Virus record (IMG/VR): IMGVR_UViG_3300009175_000013
Location: 1 to 64,000 of that record
Strand: one strand, 5' to 3'
Source of the DNA: a virus
DNA length: 64,000 bases
The position numbers were made by a program, and so were the translations under genes. How positions within the stretch are numbered: the stretch's first letter is position 1; the number at the start of each line of letters is the position of its first letter. Shown here piece after piece: positions 48,121 to 58,379 of the stretch. A model generated the notes under the pieces. It ran no database searches and had not been told where the DNA came from. It saw only the letters and a program-made list of their open reading frames with translations.

Positions 48121-48948
48121 TCATTCCGTTATCAACTGATCAAACGGGATTGTGCCAATCTTGGGCCTATTAATGTCGCGGCTGGTCACCAGAATCGAGG
48201 CAAAATCGACCTCGCCAGAGACGGCGATGTCTGAAGTACCGTCTCCATCGGCTTGCTCCTGAACCGATGCGAATCCTGTCGTCACCAACGAAGTTGTGCC
48301 ATACGCCAGAACTGTTTCCAGGTACAGCACAATGCCATATGCATAAAGCGTCGTGGTGCCGTAGGAGGATACTGCTTCAGTATATCTGAACACTGGAGAT
48401 ATGTTGGCAGAGACTGTATCGCTACCGTCAGAGATGGATAATACCACGGTATAATGCGGCGTGGTTGTGCCCGATTTGGCATAAGTGTGTGAGCTGGAGT
48501 AGCTCCCCGATCTACCAGTAGACCATATCGTTGAATGCCCATCTCCCCAATTAATAGTAATGGTATAGATCTCGGTAGTACCAACATCGGTGAAGGTATA
48601 ATTTAGAGCTGCAGCCCCAATGGAATTGAACACAACAAGCGAAGTGCTAGTGATTACCGGTGGCACATTCTGGACTTGCACAAAAGTGCCGTTGGTTGTG
48701 CTATTGTTGATGTCCTGAACGGTGGCCGATATATCAAATGAGCCACCCCTGGTATAAATGTGATAAAAGTCATAGGAGTAGTTCGGCGGGGCAATGGGAA
48801 TATCCCGCATCGTGGCCGTATTATCCCCCCATTGCATCATTACTGTCTGATCGCGGTTTAGGGCATTGACCCAAGTGACTATAAAGTGGGCCAAAGACCC
48901 CTCAACTGGGATGCCATCAGGCGTGATTACAACATTGGCGATGGCCAT
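48121..48948 (-). CDS. PKD/Ig-like domain virion protein
   Basis: Two WGD(N/G)...H.Y...G repeats. Confidence 0.7.
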   Translation of the reverse strand: MAIANVVITPDGIPVEGSLAHFIVTWVNALNRDQTVMMQWGDNTATMRDIPIAPPNYSYDFYHIYTRGGSFDISATVQDINNSTTNGTFVQVQNVPPVITSTSLVVFNSIGAAALNYTFTDVGTTEIYTITINWGDGHSTIWSTGRSGSYSSSHTYAKSGTTTPHYTVVLSISDGSDTVSANISPVFRYTEAVSSYGTTTLYAYGIVLYLETVLAYGTTSLVTTGFASVQEQADGDGTSDIAVSGEVDFASILVTSRDINRPKIGTIPFDQLITE

Positions 48949-49739
48949 TACGATACCCCGACGGTCACTGCATTCGGCGCGGTGAACTCCATGGAATCAG
49001 CAGCACTAATGCTGCGCGCAACCGGCAAGGCCAAAGCATACAAGAGATTTCCGGCAGTAGATGTATCCCAAAGACCGAGATGCGAAATCAGACCCCACTG
49101 GGCAGTCGCTGTAAAAACCGCCGTCGGGGCGGAGACCCTACGAATCCCATTCGCGACAGACGCAAACGAAGTCGCATGGACTCTAAAATATCCGCTAAGT
49201 GTTGGGGGCTCAGTCAAGGAAGACAATATGGTATCAACCGCGAGGCCCACCCCCATATACACGGTTGCCGGCGGAGTTAAAGTGCCTCCCTTGAACAAGA
49301 AATTTAGCACTCCATTTCGCAAATATGCACTAAACGCCCCGGCTAAGCCCAGCTCAAGCATTCCTGCATAAATCTTGAACATCGAGCTAAGAGCAATAAA
49401 CTTAGGAATGGCCAACGGGCTATACCACAGCAGATTCCCAGTAGTAGATGAATTGAATAGGCCAATATACCTGGCCGTGCCCCAATTCGATAAAGCCGCC
49501 GCCCACGAAAGATTGCCCGTAGTAGCGATCGACCCATTAGAAGCCGAGCTGAAGCTCCCCGAGGGGGCTAAGACCCGCGTGTAGCCATTCGCGCCAGGAG
49601 TCTGAATCTCAGTATATGTGACATCATCGCTCACACCACTCAGAAGAGCCAGATAGGTGGGGCTAGGAGTATACGTACCCAACCCCAGCGTGTGCTTGAT
49701 CAGCTCTTCCCGCAGATACGCAGTCATGCCCATATGCAA
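48948..49739 (-). CDS. Virion structural protein with duplicated tail-associated domain
   Basis: Two repeats of AYLR...Y..L...E....GY.RV...WG.....GL....T.GNLL. Confidence 0.7.
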   Translation of the reverse strand: MHMGMTAYLREELIKHTLGLGTYTPSPTYLALLSGVSDDVTYTEIQTPGANGYTRVLAPSGSFSSASNGSIATTGNLSWAAALSNWGTARYIGLFNSSTTGNLLWYSPLAIPKFIALSSMFKIYAGMLELGLAGAFSAYLRNGVLNFLFKGGTLTPPATVYMGVGLAVDTILSSLTEPPTLSGYFRVHATSFASVANGIRRVSAPTAVFTATAQWGLISHLGLWDTSTAGNLLYALALPVARSISAADSMEFTAPNAVTVGVS

Positions 49740-49741
49740 CC

Positions 49742-50500
49742 CTACGAAATAGTTAGTATGAAATCACCACTAACCCTAGTGGTGCCATCCGGTAAAGTGG
49801 CCGTCACGCGGTATTTGTAAGTACCCTTAAGGAATGTCGAAGTATCGAGCAGATAGCTGATCACATAGGGATTGCTGCGGTATGCCCCCTGCCGCAACTT
49901 CAGGAAGCACGGGGCATCTTCGACAATAGACTCGCAGTTCTCAGTCCAAATCGAGACAGTATAAGTTAGATAGGGGATTAGAGGTGCCACCAAGTTGTAG
50001 TTATAATCGTACAACGGAAGCGGCATGATCCCAACTTCCAGAGGCCGCAGCTCCGGCTTGTGGAACTTGATGTCGAGCGGCTCAAAAGCGAACCGGATTG
50101 TGTCTAAACCACCGTCGGCGTACCAACCAGCAGGATAGACCCAAAACCGATTACACTGCTTCAGCAGTTCACTGGTGTGGCCGGACAGGGGCTCAGCCAC
50201 TGGACTGCCATACCAATACCATTGGTCGAAATAGATATCAGGAACCACCGCGTCTATTGGGACAGTCCAGTTTAGGGTAAACTTCCCGGCACCCGAGGTG
50301 ACGAGCGGCGATGGATAGCCAGACTCTGATGGGTCCACTATATCAATGGCATCTACAATATTGGCGTCGGCCACGGAGCCACGATAGATTTCCACTCGGT
50401 AGACGGCAAATGGGTTGGCCGCCACGCCCCCATTATAGAAGTCTGAGTTAAGGGCAACTACTTCTCCGCGCCGAGCCGAGATGCGGTTATAGATAGTCAT
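49742..50500 (-). CDS. Hypothetical virion protein
   Basis: GAGGAG RBS; CAAACATA motif upstream. Confidence 0.65.
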   Translation of the reverse strand: MTIYNRISARRGEVVALNSDFYNGGVAANPFAVYRVEIYRGSVADANIVDAIDIVDPSESGYPSPLVTSGAGKFTLNWTVPIDAVVPDIYFDQWYWYGSPVAEPLSGHTSELLKQCNRFWVYPAGWYADGGLDTIRFAFEPLDIKFHKPELRPLEVGIMPLPLYDYNYNLVAPLIPYLTYTVSIWTENCESIVEDAPCFLKLRQGAYRSNPYVISYLLDTSTFLKGTYKYRVTATLPDGTTRVSGDFILTIS

Positions 50501-50530
50501 ACAGCTCCTCTTTAGAGTATGTTTGAATTG

Positions 50531-50824
50531 CTATCTAGATGGCAAACTCGGCTTGGGTACGGACGGCCTTGATGGCATAGACGGCGCGGATTGTTTGGAA
50601 CGCCGCTCCTGCTCTTCGTTATACTTATTGATTCGCTTAATCCACCATGAGCGGTCTTCAGCAGTTAGGGAATCTATCTCTGGGAAAGATAAATTCCCAT
50701 GCGTCTTGAGCTGGAACATCTGCTCAAGCAGATGCTCGTACTCGTTCTCTAATTCACTCGGATTTTCGACTGCCCGTTGGGCGAAAGAAGCTTTCCGTGA
50801 TTGGAAGCTCCGTTCTGGACTCAT
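50531..50824 (-). CDS. gp51-like small baseplate/tail assembly ORF, possibly reached by frameshift
   Basis: MFQLKTHGNLSFPEIDSLTAEDRSWWI pattern; overlaps the upstream gene. Confidence 0.55.
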   Translation of the reverse strand: MSPERSFQSRKASFAQRAVENPSELENEYEHLLEQMFQLKTHGNLSFPEIDSLTAEDRSWWIKRINKYNEEQERRSKQSAPSMPSRPSVPKPSLPSR

Positions 50825-51776
50825 TGCCGCAATCGGGACATTCGAGCTGAATCGTCGTGTCGATTCCTGGCGAGTAATCCTTCAAGTACTGCCGGATGGT
50901 CGAGCTGTCCTTGGCGTGCAGCTTCTCCACCAGCTGCTTTAGCCGAATGCGATCCTTCACTTCACCCGACATCCCCTCCCCGCCAAAGGACTCAACAATC
51001 AGGGCCAGGTTCTCAGTCACAGTCTGGTCAATGATAATCTCACGCTGGCGTCCCGGCCCAGAAGCAACATTGGCCCCATGAGCACGTTTATTGAATCGCA
51101 CCCGGTTGGCCATGAAAGTCAAATCCTTACCACGCATGAACCGGACTTTCACCCAGACCTTCTTCTTGAGGCTCTCAGAAGTGTATGGCAACTCGACCTT
51201 AAACGGCTCAAGGCCAATGGACATGTCGGGGTATTTGGTCGTGCCGGCCAATTCATTGAGATCATACTTGTGGGCGCTGCTGGCTTCGCAATTCGGACAC
51301 TTCATCACAAATTCATAGATGTTACCGTGCGTCATCCCACGCAAAGCATAGAGCAAGAAGACCCGGTCACCTACCAGCAGCTCACTCTGATCGAACCCAT
51401 CTGGCAGCTGGATACAGTGATTAAACAGGTAATCAATCGACTGACCAGAAGAGGCTAACCGCTGAGTGGCCAAGATCTTCTCGGCATGGATACCCATGGC
51501 CCGGATCTTGACCACCCCACCAGGCAGCTTTTCACCATAATAGACACCCCGGCTAGGAAGTCCGATTTCCTCCCAGGGAATCCACTCGTCCTCAGAAGTA
51601 GTAACGATCTGCTGAAGAAGCGATTCGGCAGTCGTCAGCCCTTCCGTCTTCTTGGAGAGGTCTGGCGTAGCCGAATTCATGTCGGAGACCTTGGCCGGGG
51701 CCTTAGCCGAAGCGGCTGGATTGTCCAGATCGACCACTTCTTCTCTGGGTGTGCCGGGTGTGCCTTGCTCAGTCAT
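50754..51776 (-). CDS. Baseplate hub assembly chaperone (gp26-like)
   Basis: LPSRG..Y, EKIL, LLVGDRVFLL..LR, two CPxC, terminal FFRP. Confidence 0.8.
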   Translation of the reverse strand: MTEQGTPGTPREEVVDLDNPAASAKAPAKVSDMNSATPDLSKKTEGLTTAESLLQQIVTTSEDEWIPWEEIGLPSRGVYYGEKLPGGVVKIRAMGIHAEKILATQRLASSGQSIDYLFNHCIQLPDGFDQSELLVGDRVFLLYALRGMTHGNIYEFVMKCPNCEASSAHKYDLNELAGTTKYPDMSIGLEPFKVELPYTSESLKKKVWVKVRFMRGKDLTFMANRVRFNKRAHGANVASGPGRQREIIIDQTVTENLALIVESFGGEGMSGEVKDRIRLKQLVEKLHAKDSSTIRQYLKDYSPGIDTTIQLECPDCGNESRTELPITESFFRPTGSRKSE

Positions 51777-51822
51777 ACATAACCTCCATTTCTGCTATGT
51801 ACGTTTGAGCAGCGATTCGATC

Positions 51823-52356
51823 TTAAGCGTTGCTGTTAGAGAACTCCGCCCAGGAATAGGCAACTGTGACATTGGCGGTATTTATCCCACTGGTTTCATA
51901 GGTCAATTTGCTGAAGTTAATGCCCTTGATCCAGCTATTCTTCAACGACCATCCGTAGGCGAAGCTATCATCGGCGTAAAGGCCATTAATCGTGGTCTCA
52001 GCCATATATTCATCAGCTGGCCTAATACCACTTGTAGAATTCCACACTTTCTTCTTCAGATCCTCTAACTGCTTGCCCAGTCCGTCGGTATCATAAAATG
52101 CTAGCTTGATGTCTTCCCATTTTATGGACTTTGCAAACTCATATGTAGTATGCCCAGTCTTTACCGTTTCTGCCTCAATTGCGAACCCTGGAAAATTTGC
52201 TTCCTTGAGGTAGATCAGCGCCCCAGCCGCGCCGCCGATGATGATAGGGCTACCAACTAAGTTGGTTACATCCCAAGTATAGGTGTATACTACCAGCGCT
52301 GGGGCAGCTGGCTGCTTGTCCTGCATATGGGTCGGAGCTACCTTGAATCCAGGCAT
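51823..52356 (-). CDS. Tail tube-like protein (gp19 paralog 3)
   Basis: MPGF start; KWEDIKLAFYD; WSLKNSW...LTY. Confidence 0.75.
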   Translation of the reverse strand: MPGFKVAPTHMQDKQPAAPALVVYTYTWDVTNLVGSPIIIGGAAGALIYLKEANFPGFAIEAETVKTGHTTYEFAKSIKWEDIKLAFYDTDGLGKQLEDLKKKVWNSTSGIRPADEYMAETTINGLYADDSFAYGWSLKNSWIKGINFSKLTYETSGINTANVTVAYSWAEFSNSNA

Positions 52357-52917
52357 TTATCTTACCTGCACTTCGCCGCCACGGACATCTTCTTCTTCAC
52401 ACGCGTCATATTGAAACGTTACACCTATCGTGGAGATTGCTGTATCAGTATATGTAAATTCAGCTGGGTCGATCTTACTGGGCCATACATTATATAGGGT
52501 ATATTTATGGTATCTGGACCCCAACCCATCCTCAGTATAAATTCGGCAAGTAGTTCTGAAGTTTATCCCCGCCGAATTGTTCCTAACTACTAGCTTATTG
52601 GTCGTATACTCCATCACATTCGACCAATAGATCCAGATTGCTTGAGCTGTGGCGGTATCCACCCCATCAATGACTTCATAGAACTTTACATTAATGGGAT
52701 TCCACTTAATCTTACCAGGCAGGTTTATCTTAGCCTGCTTATGGTGCATATACTGAACTTCAAACTCTGGAGAGGGCCGCTGCACTGAGAGGGCGTAGAG
52801 AGCCACGTCGATCATTGGGCCGATGGAATCGAATTGTAGGGTCCAACGGTAGACACGGGCGGTCTCGGAGGTGGCCTTAGGCCCAAACCCTTCTCCATTT
52901 ATGATGAAACCCGGCAT
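52357..52917 (-). CDS. Tail tube-like protein (gp19 paralog 2)
   Basis: RPS...PGKIKWNPINVKFYE...LYNVWP. Confidence 0.8.
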   Translation of the reverse strand: MPGFIINGEGFGPKATSETARVYRWTLQFDSIGPMIDVALYALSVQRPSPEFEVQYMHHKQAKINLPGKIKWNPINVKFYEVIDGVDTATAQAIWIYWSNVMEYTTNKLVVRNNSAGINFRTTCRIYTEDGLGSRYHKYTLYNVWPSKIDPAEFTYTDTAISTIGVTFQYDACEEEDVRGGEVQVR

Positions 52918-52932
52918 TTTTCACCAAAAATT

Positions 52933-52965
52933 TGGGCATCGAGGGCGTCTAGCCATCGATGCCCA
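52933..52965 (-). terminator. Hairpin after the main tail tube gene
   Basis: TGGGCATCGA/TCGATGCCCA stem with a T-tract on the minus strand. Confidence 0.65.
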
Positions 52966-52997
52966 TTTATTTATCGAGGGCCGCCAATCTGGACGGT

Positions 52998-53531
52998 TTA
53001 TAGTACCTTCACAGCGCGGTCGAACCGGTACTTGACCTCAATCAGCTGCAGCTCCGTCGAGGTGTAGTCAATGGCACCCCAGTTCATGTTCTGCGGCCAG
53101 CCATTGTAAATCGCCCAAGTCTCGTTGGGGACTCCCTGACCGTCTTCCATGTGTAGGTTGACCGTCTGAGCCTTGTAGGCCTTAGGAGGCTGTACAGAGG
53201 CGGCACCACCCGGCTGCTGGTTCCCGGTCAGTGACATGCAAACCGTCATCCACTTCCACATGGCTGCGGAAACGTCGGGATCCTGCTCCACATCATAATA
53301 GGTCATCCCAACCGATTCCCAGCTGTGCTTGCCAGCGAAGTAGACCTGTTCCTGATTGTGGTGCATCACAGGCTCTTCGAAGGTCAAGTTGGGCCGGTTC
53401 GCCTTTTGCAGGACCAGCATCACTGGACCCGACACGCTGGGGTGCCCTTCGAAGGTCCACCGGTGAGTACGACGGACTTCCGACAGGGAATTGGGTCCCC
53501 GACCTTCGCCGTGAATATTGAAGCCAGGCAT
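52998..53531 (-). CDS. Tail tube protein (gp19-like)
   Basis: Follows the sheath gene; ANRP..., YFAGKHSWE...YYD, W....GWP....WG.IDY, RFDRA. Confidence 0.88.
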   Translation of the reverse strand: MPGFNIHGEGRGPNSLSEVRRTHRWTFEGHPSVSGPVMLVLQKANRPNLTFEEPVMHHNQEQVYFAGKHSWESVGMTYYDVEQDPDVSAAMWKWMTVCMSLTGNQQPGGAASVQPPKAYKAQTVNLHMEDGQGVPNETWAIYNGWPQNMNWGAIDYTSTELQLIEVKYRFDRAVKVL

Positions 53532-53562
53532 TGAAAACTCCTTGTCACAGCCGCTTGGCGGC

Positions 53563-56403
53563 TTAGGCTGACACTACACCACCAGCCACGAGGATCTCCT
53601 GCGCCCCGAAGCTAGCCCCGGTCCGCAGAATCACCAAGTTCAGGACGATGAATTCTGCGGAGCGGTTGGGCTTGATGAACACCGAAACCCAGAGTTCGTT
53701 CCGATCGATTCTCTCCGGAGTGTTGTTAGTCTCGTCGCAAACCACTTTGAAGGCAGTCAGGCCACGCCGCGCTGCCACATCACCCAGATATGGTTCGATC
53801 AGGTTCCGGATCTGCGCCCGCGTCGAGCCGTCATTGAACTCAAACACGAAGTTACGCAACGTCGAGGACAAATTCTTCTTCAGGGAGATACACAGCATCC
53901 GGACGTTGACCCGGTCCAGAGCCGTGGATTGCCGCTGCAGCGTCCGCTGGCCCCATACCGTAATGCCCTGCTGGATGAAGTTCACGATGGCGTTGACCGC
54001 ATTGCCGCTGCCGTACAGAGCGTCACGCTCACTCTGAGTGGGATTGTATTCCACATCCAAAGCCGAAAGCACGCTGCCACGGTTCAGGCCAGCGGGAGCA
54101 TACCACTGTTCCGCCACCCGATCTGTACGGGCAAAGACCGCCGCGATGTGGCCGCTTGGCGGAACCCAGATGGTCCCACCATTGTACTGATCGCTAATCT
54201 TGAGCCAGCTCCAGTACAGGGCCGCATAGCTGGTATTCAAGGCCGTTGCCAGATCGCTGGTTAACATCCCATTGTGCCAATCGATCACTTCCTGTGGCCG
54301 CAGACCAACTGGCGGATCGATCAGGTACAGGACGTCGCCACGGTTTTCGCAGAACTGAATGCCCTGAGCCAGCACGGGACCGCTCGAGAATCCGGGGGTA
54401 GCCAAGAGGTTGAAGTCGAACGCTTCTGGATTCTGCAGGGCGTAGATGCCAGTGGAGAGAGCCGGGTTACCGATGACCTTCTGGTCCAGGTAGATGCTGT
54501 CTTCGGTTTCCGTCGGGATCCCGTTTTCGCCGCCCACAAAAGCCGTATTGGTGAATGGGCTTGGATTCCGTACATCAACCCCAAGGTAGGAAGGACGAGC
54601 TTCCCACTGGAAGTAAGTATTGCCAGTCACGCCGCCAATTGGGCTGCCGGCATTGACCACATTGCCAATATACCGGGTGGCGGCTGGATCAAAGCTGACA
54701 TCCTGGGTCACATCAACGGCCATGCCGTTGCCATCCTTCACCGTGACCTTGTACCGTCCCGCCACATCGCCCACGCCCTCGGTGAACACTTCCAGCGAGA
54801 TGGTGTAGCCACTGGACCAAGTCCCAGCATATTTCGCCACGACCCAGCCCACAATGTTGTCATAGTAAGCGGAGTCGGTGACGCACTGAGTCCCACTGGG
54901 GGCATCGATACAGGACTGGGGAGTGGTGGGATCGCCCGAGTTACCTTCAGGGAGCCAGAGCCGTGCGTCGGTGAAGGTCCGGTAGATGGAGGTGTACGGC
55001 GGCAGGATGCCGATTTCGTTGGCAAACTGCATAGTCTCGAAGTGGCTGTAGCTGGCCAGAAGCTTCAGCTGATCGGTCATTCTGGCGTCGGAGGTCTGGA
55101 CCACCACCAGCTTATCGCCGCCTGGGATGGTCAGAGCGAATGCGGTGAAATAGTCGGTCCCGCCGTAGTTGGAGTTCGCTTCAAGAGCCGCAGCCAGGGT
55201 GGTTGCATCCGTCCCCGAGACCGCAGGAACCACGAAGTTGAACTCAACCGTGTTGGCCGACCCAATGCAGTCGAGAACGACGCGGTTGTTCGAGCTGGAG
55301 AAGTTGTAGGGGCCAGCATTGGTGCCCAGAAGGTGGCTGCGGGGGATATCATAGGTGTATTGGGCCACGCCGACTTCAGCACAAAAGGCACAAGTCCCAG
55401 CCAGCTGAATCCAATCGCCGACCGTATCGGTTTGGAGAGCCACCACTTCCACGCCGTTGGCATCGAAAGAGGTAGTCGCAGCCAAAGTGGTTACGCCGAG
55501 CACGACGTTAATGGCATTGATCAAAGTCGTGTTGGAGGAGTAGGTGGCCGCAGGCACTACCACGCTGGTAACTGCCCCACCGTCGACTTGGTAGGTCAGG
55601 GTGCGGTTGTCGGGTTTGGAGGTGATCACCAAGGTGTCATTCACACCAACCTGGGTAGCATTGGTAATGGTCACAGTGAAGGAAACCCCGAGGCTTACGC
55701 TGTTGAGGGCCAGATTGATTTGGTTGCTGACAGCCCCAGTGGTGGTGAAAGTGCCAGAGGCGACTTCATCACCTGAGCTGTTAGTGACCACGTAGGTGGC
55801 TCCGTCCCACAGGTGGGTGCCGGGGTCGCCAGTAATGGTAAGGGTGAAGACATCGTCAAGGCAGCCGCTGTACAGAGTCGCGCCACCCACAAAGGAAACA
55901 GTAGTGGTGACTGCGCCGACTGAGGGATCGGCAACTTCGGCGTCATTCCAGGATCCGGCAGTGCTGAGGGCTGCGTGCAGAACAACGGGGGCCGGATTGC
56001 CACCAGTGCCATCGCCAACTGGGCGGAATTTGACACGGCCAAAATCCATGCCCTTGAAGACTGGGATGCGGCCCCAACCCTGCTTGCGTGTACCGGCAGT
56101 GTCGATAGCAATCGGCTCTAGGGTGCTTTTGATGCCGTTGTAGTACTCGACACCTACACGGAGTACATAGCAGGAGTTGCCTTCCTCAAGATACGCCAGG
56201 GTGGCATACCCTAGGTAGCTAGTCGGGAACGGATCCCCGAAGGTGTCAACGAACTGCGCAGCACTGGTGATCAGCGTGGGCACATTGAGAGGGCCTTTGC
56301 TGGCGGCACCAATGAAAGCTGGCCTGAGCGTCCCCAGGTTGCTGGGCAGAAGGCTGAGGTCAATCTCTCTGGTAAATACGCCTGGGCTTAGGAAGACTGC
56401 CAT
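53563..56403 (-). CDS. Tail sheath protein (gp18-like)
   Basis: SPGVFTREID, WYAPAGLNRG, WGQRTLQ, DRVNVR, CDETNNTP motifs. Confidence 0.96.
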   Translation of the reverse strand: MAVFLSPGVFTREIDLSLLPSNLGTLRPAFIGAASKGPLNVPTLITSAAQFVDTFGDPFPTSYLGYATLAYLEEGNSCYVLRVGVEYYNGIKSTLEPIAIDTAGTRKQGWGRIPVFKGMDFGRVKFRPVGDGTGGNPAPVVLHAALSTAGSWNDAEVADPSVGAVTTTVSFVGGATLYSGCLDDVFTLTITGDPGTHLWDGATYVVTNSSGDEVASGTFTTTGAVSNQINLALNSVSLGVSFTVTITNATQVGVNDTLVITSKPDNRTLTYQVDGGAVTSVVVPAATYSSNTTLINAINVVLGVTTLAATTSFDANGVEVVALQTDTVGDWIQLAGTCAFCAEVGVAQYTYDIPRSHLLGTNAGPYNFSSSNNRVVLDCIGSANTVEFNFVVPAVSGTDATTLAAALEANSNYGGTDYFTAFALTIPGGDKLVVVQTSDARMTDQLKLLASYSHFETMQFANEIGILPPYTSIYRTFTDARLWLPEGNSGDPTTPQSCIDAPSGTQCVTDSAYYDNIVGWVVAKYAGTWSSGYTISLEVFTEGVGDVAGRYKVTVKDGNGMAVDVTQDVSFDPAATRYIGNVVNAGSPIGGVTGNTYFQWEARPSYLGVDVRNPSPFTNTAFVGGENGIPTETEDSIYLDQKVIGNPALSTGIYALQNPEAFDFNLLATPGFSSGPVLAQGIQFCENRGDVLYLIDPPVGLRPQEVIDWHNGMLTSDLATALNTSYAALYWSWLKISDQYNGGTIWVPPSGHIAAVFARTDRVAEQWYAPAGLNRGSVLSALDVEYNPTQSERDALYGSGNAVNAIVNFIQQGITVWGQRTLQRQSTALDRVNVRMLCISLKKNLSSTLRNFVFEFNDGSTRAQIRNLIEPYLGDVAARRGLTAFKVVCDETNNTPERIDRNELWVSVFIKPNRSAEFIVLNLVILRTGASFGAQEILVAGGVVSA

Positions 56404-56431
56404 TGGTAGCTCCTGTTAATTTTCGCTGCCT

Positions 56432-56439
56432 TATATTTG
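56432..56439 (-). promoter_or_regulatory. Putative late promoter CAAAnATA (representative site, upstream of sheath)
   Basis: The same motif occurs upstream of about 15 gene starts (see findings). Confidence 0.6.
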
Positions 56440-56460
56440 AGTGATGACGGTAGATTTAGA

Positions 56461-56676
56461 TTATTCTTCGACTACCGCGATATCACCACGGCCTTGGCAG
56501 TTCTTGATCTGAGACCAATTCAAAAAGTTGCGCGGTACTTTGAGCGACTTACCAGGCATTAGCCGAAACTGCTGCTCTTCATAGAAGAAGTCACCATTCG
56601 GCGGCTTAACTTGGATCGGGATGCACTGCCGTGTGCGATTGGTGATGTGGATGTTGGAAGTGGTTTTATTAGCCAT
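56461..56676 (-). CDS. Small hypothetical protein
   Basis: AGGAGG RBS. Confidence 0.65.
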   Translation of the reverse strand: MANKTTSNIHITNRTRQCIPIQVKPPNGDFFYEEQQFRLMPGKSLKVPRNFLNWSQIKNCQGRGDIAVVEE

Positions 56677-56713
56677 TAGAACCTCCTGGCTCTGGGTAAA
56701 GACAACTTCTTAT

Positions 56714-57535
56714 TTACACTCGTCTATTTAGCATTTCAGATTCATCAGCAACAACTTTACCCAGAATCACCGGCATAATCTTCGGCGGAATCGATAGCCA
56801 AGCCTCCGCCGTATACACCACCTCATACTTTACCTTGGCGTATTGCTCCGAGGTAGCTTCCTTCTCGCTGGAATCAGCCGAAGAGTCCATCTTCATCTGC
56901 ACGCATCCCACCGAAATCCCGTCAGAAACCCGCAACTCGGCTAAAGGATTGAAACGCGTCAGCATCTGATATAGCACATACTCAGCGTCACGCTTGTGCT
57001 CGGCCCAGATGCTAATGGTGTAATTCACATTATAAGGAACCGGACGATAGAACGCTGCCGCCATGGTCCGCTGCCGATTCACAAACCTCTTATGCAGATT
57101 GCGATATGGCGGCGAAAACTTCTGCGGATTATAAGTGTGGCCAGTGCGGCTAATGGAGATCACCGGCAATTTTACCCGGCCATGCTTTAAATCTTCAGTC
57201 CAGACTTGCAAGCTGGTCCGCATGCCAGCTACCTTGGCACGAGCGAAGCGATATGAATCTTTTGACGGCACTCTGATGTCTGACCAATAAGCCTTCATCC
57301 CGGCGTCCAAATAGTGAAAGGCCGCGTCGATGGAGTCTTCCACATAGCCTGGCTCGACCCGGCTCTGCTCCCACTGATTAGGAACTCTACCGCTTTGGGC
57401 ATCAGATAGCTGATACGCAGCTACCGGCACCATAGGGCTAATGGGATTGTTAATAGAGCCGCCTGGCACCTGCCCGGCCACAACGCCCCTGGGCACGTTT
57501 TCAAAGGTGAAAGAACTACCAAATTGATGAATCAC
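56714..57535 (-). CDS. Tail terminator/sheath stabiliser (gp15-like)
   Basis: LPVISISR...PVPYNVNYTISIW...QMLTRFNP. Confidence 0.8.
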   Translation of the reverse strand: MIHQFGSSFTFENVPRGVVAGQVPGGSINNPISPMVPVAAYQLSDAQSGRVPNQWEQSRVEPGYVEDSIDAAFHYLDAGMKAYWSDIRVPSKDSYRFARAKVAGMRTSLQVWTEDLKHGRVKLPVISISRTGHTYNPQKFSPPYRNLHKRFVNRQRTMAAAFYRPVPYNVNYTISIWAEHKRDAEYVLYQMLTRFNPLAELRVSDGISVGCVQMKMDSSADSSEKEATSEQYAKVKYEVVYTAEAWLSIPPKIMPVILGKVVADESEMLNRRV

Positions 57536-57810
57536 TTAAGCACCGTCGGGAAAAGAGCCTTGGCCCTGGTAATCAGTTTGAGTTTGGATGCCTCCGCCAT
57601 TTCGCTGGCTGGAATGGTAATCTCATATCCATCTTTATCTTTCCGCTCAGTCACCTGAGGATGGACTTTGCCATTACCCATAGTCTCCATCATCTTGACC
57701 ATTTTCTCCGCAGACTCCTTCAGCTTCTCCATGGCCTTTTTGCGGTAGAATTCGGCCACCGCCTTCTGGCGGTTATTGTCTGCGAGATCATTCCGTACAA
57801 TCTTAAACAT
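57532..57810 (-). CDS. Hypothetical protein
   Basis: Coupled ORF. Confidence 0.55.
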   Translation of the reverse strand: MFKIVRNDLADNNRQKAVAEFYRKKAMEKLKESAEKMVKMMETMGNGKVHPQVTERKDKDGYEITIPASEMAEASKLKLITRAKALFPTVLK

Positions 57811-58379
57811 TATTTATGGTCAATATCGATGGTTTCGTCGTTGGTGATATTCTCAACTTGGCACGTCCAGTACAGCCAGTTATACTTGAAGTTGCCAGCG
57901 TCGGCGGCATTCAGAACACGATAGCGATCCGGTTTGATCCCACTCCCACCATAGGGTAGCTCAATGATATCGCCGATGCGGATCATTCTCTGCCCAAACT
58001 CCTTGAAGACCTGCTCCTTACTAAATGAAACCTTGGTTTGGTTGGGCGCGTCCACGCCCCAGGGGGTAAGCTGAGCCTCAATCGGCTGAGGGGCGAACCA
58101 GGCCTTAAGATGGTGCCCAGACCCGTAAGTGGGATCGGGATCTTCCTCCCACACATCATCATAATGCTCGCTGCTCGTGCGTGGATAGACTGTAACATCC
58201 CCGCCAGCAATATTCACGATTTCTTTGGCGATAGATCCAGCCAGAATATGATCCGCACTGCCTGCGTCATGTAGCTGGATTAGAGGGTGCTCCTGCTCCA
58301 TATCCGACCTAGCCTGTAAGCGGCCCTGGCTCGGAGCTACCCTTGTTGCTTCAGAATCTTGCGAGAAGCGATGGATCAT
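57810..58379 (-). CDS. Neck protein (gp14-like)
   Basis: E.V.I.G.DV..YPR...DDVWEED...WG......F...GDII.LP. Confidence 0.7.
   Translation of the reverse strand: MIHRFSQDSEATRVAPSQGRLQARSDMEQEHPLIQLHDAGSADHILAGSIAKEIVNIAGGDVTVYPRTSSEHYDDVWEEDPDPTYGSGHHLKAWFAPQPIEAQLTPWGVDAPNQTKVSFSKEQVFKEFGQRMIRIGDIIELPYGGSGIKPDRYRVLNAADAGNFKYNWLYWTCQVENITNDETIDIDHK

Noticed and set aside
34584-56403. Bacterial contractile injection system or T6SS
   Set aside because: Linked capsid, portal, terminase and replication genes show it is a phage tail.
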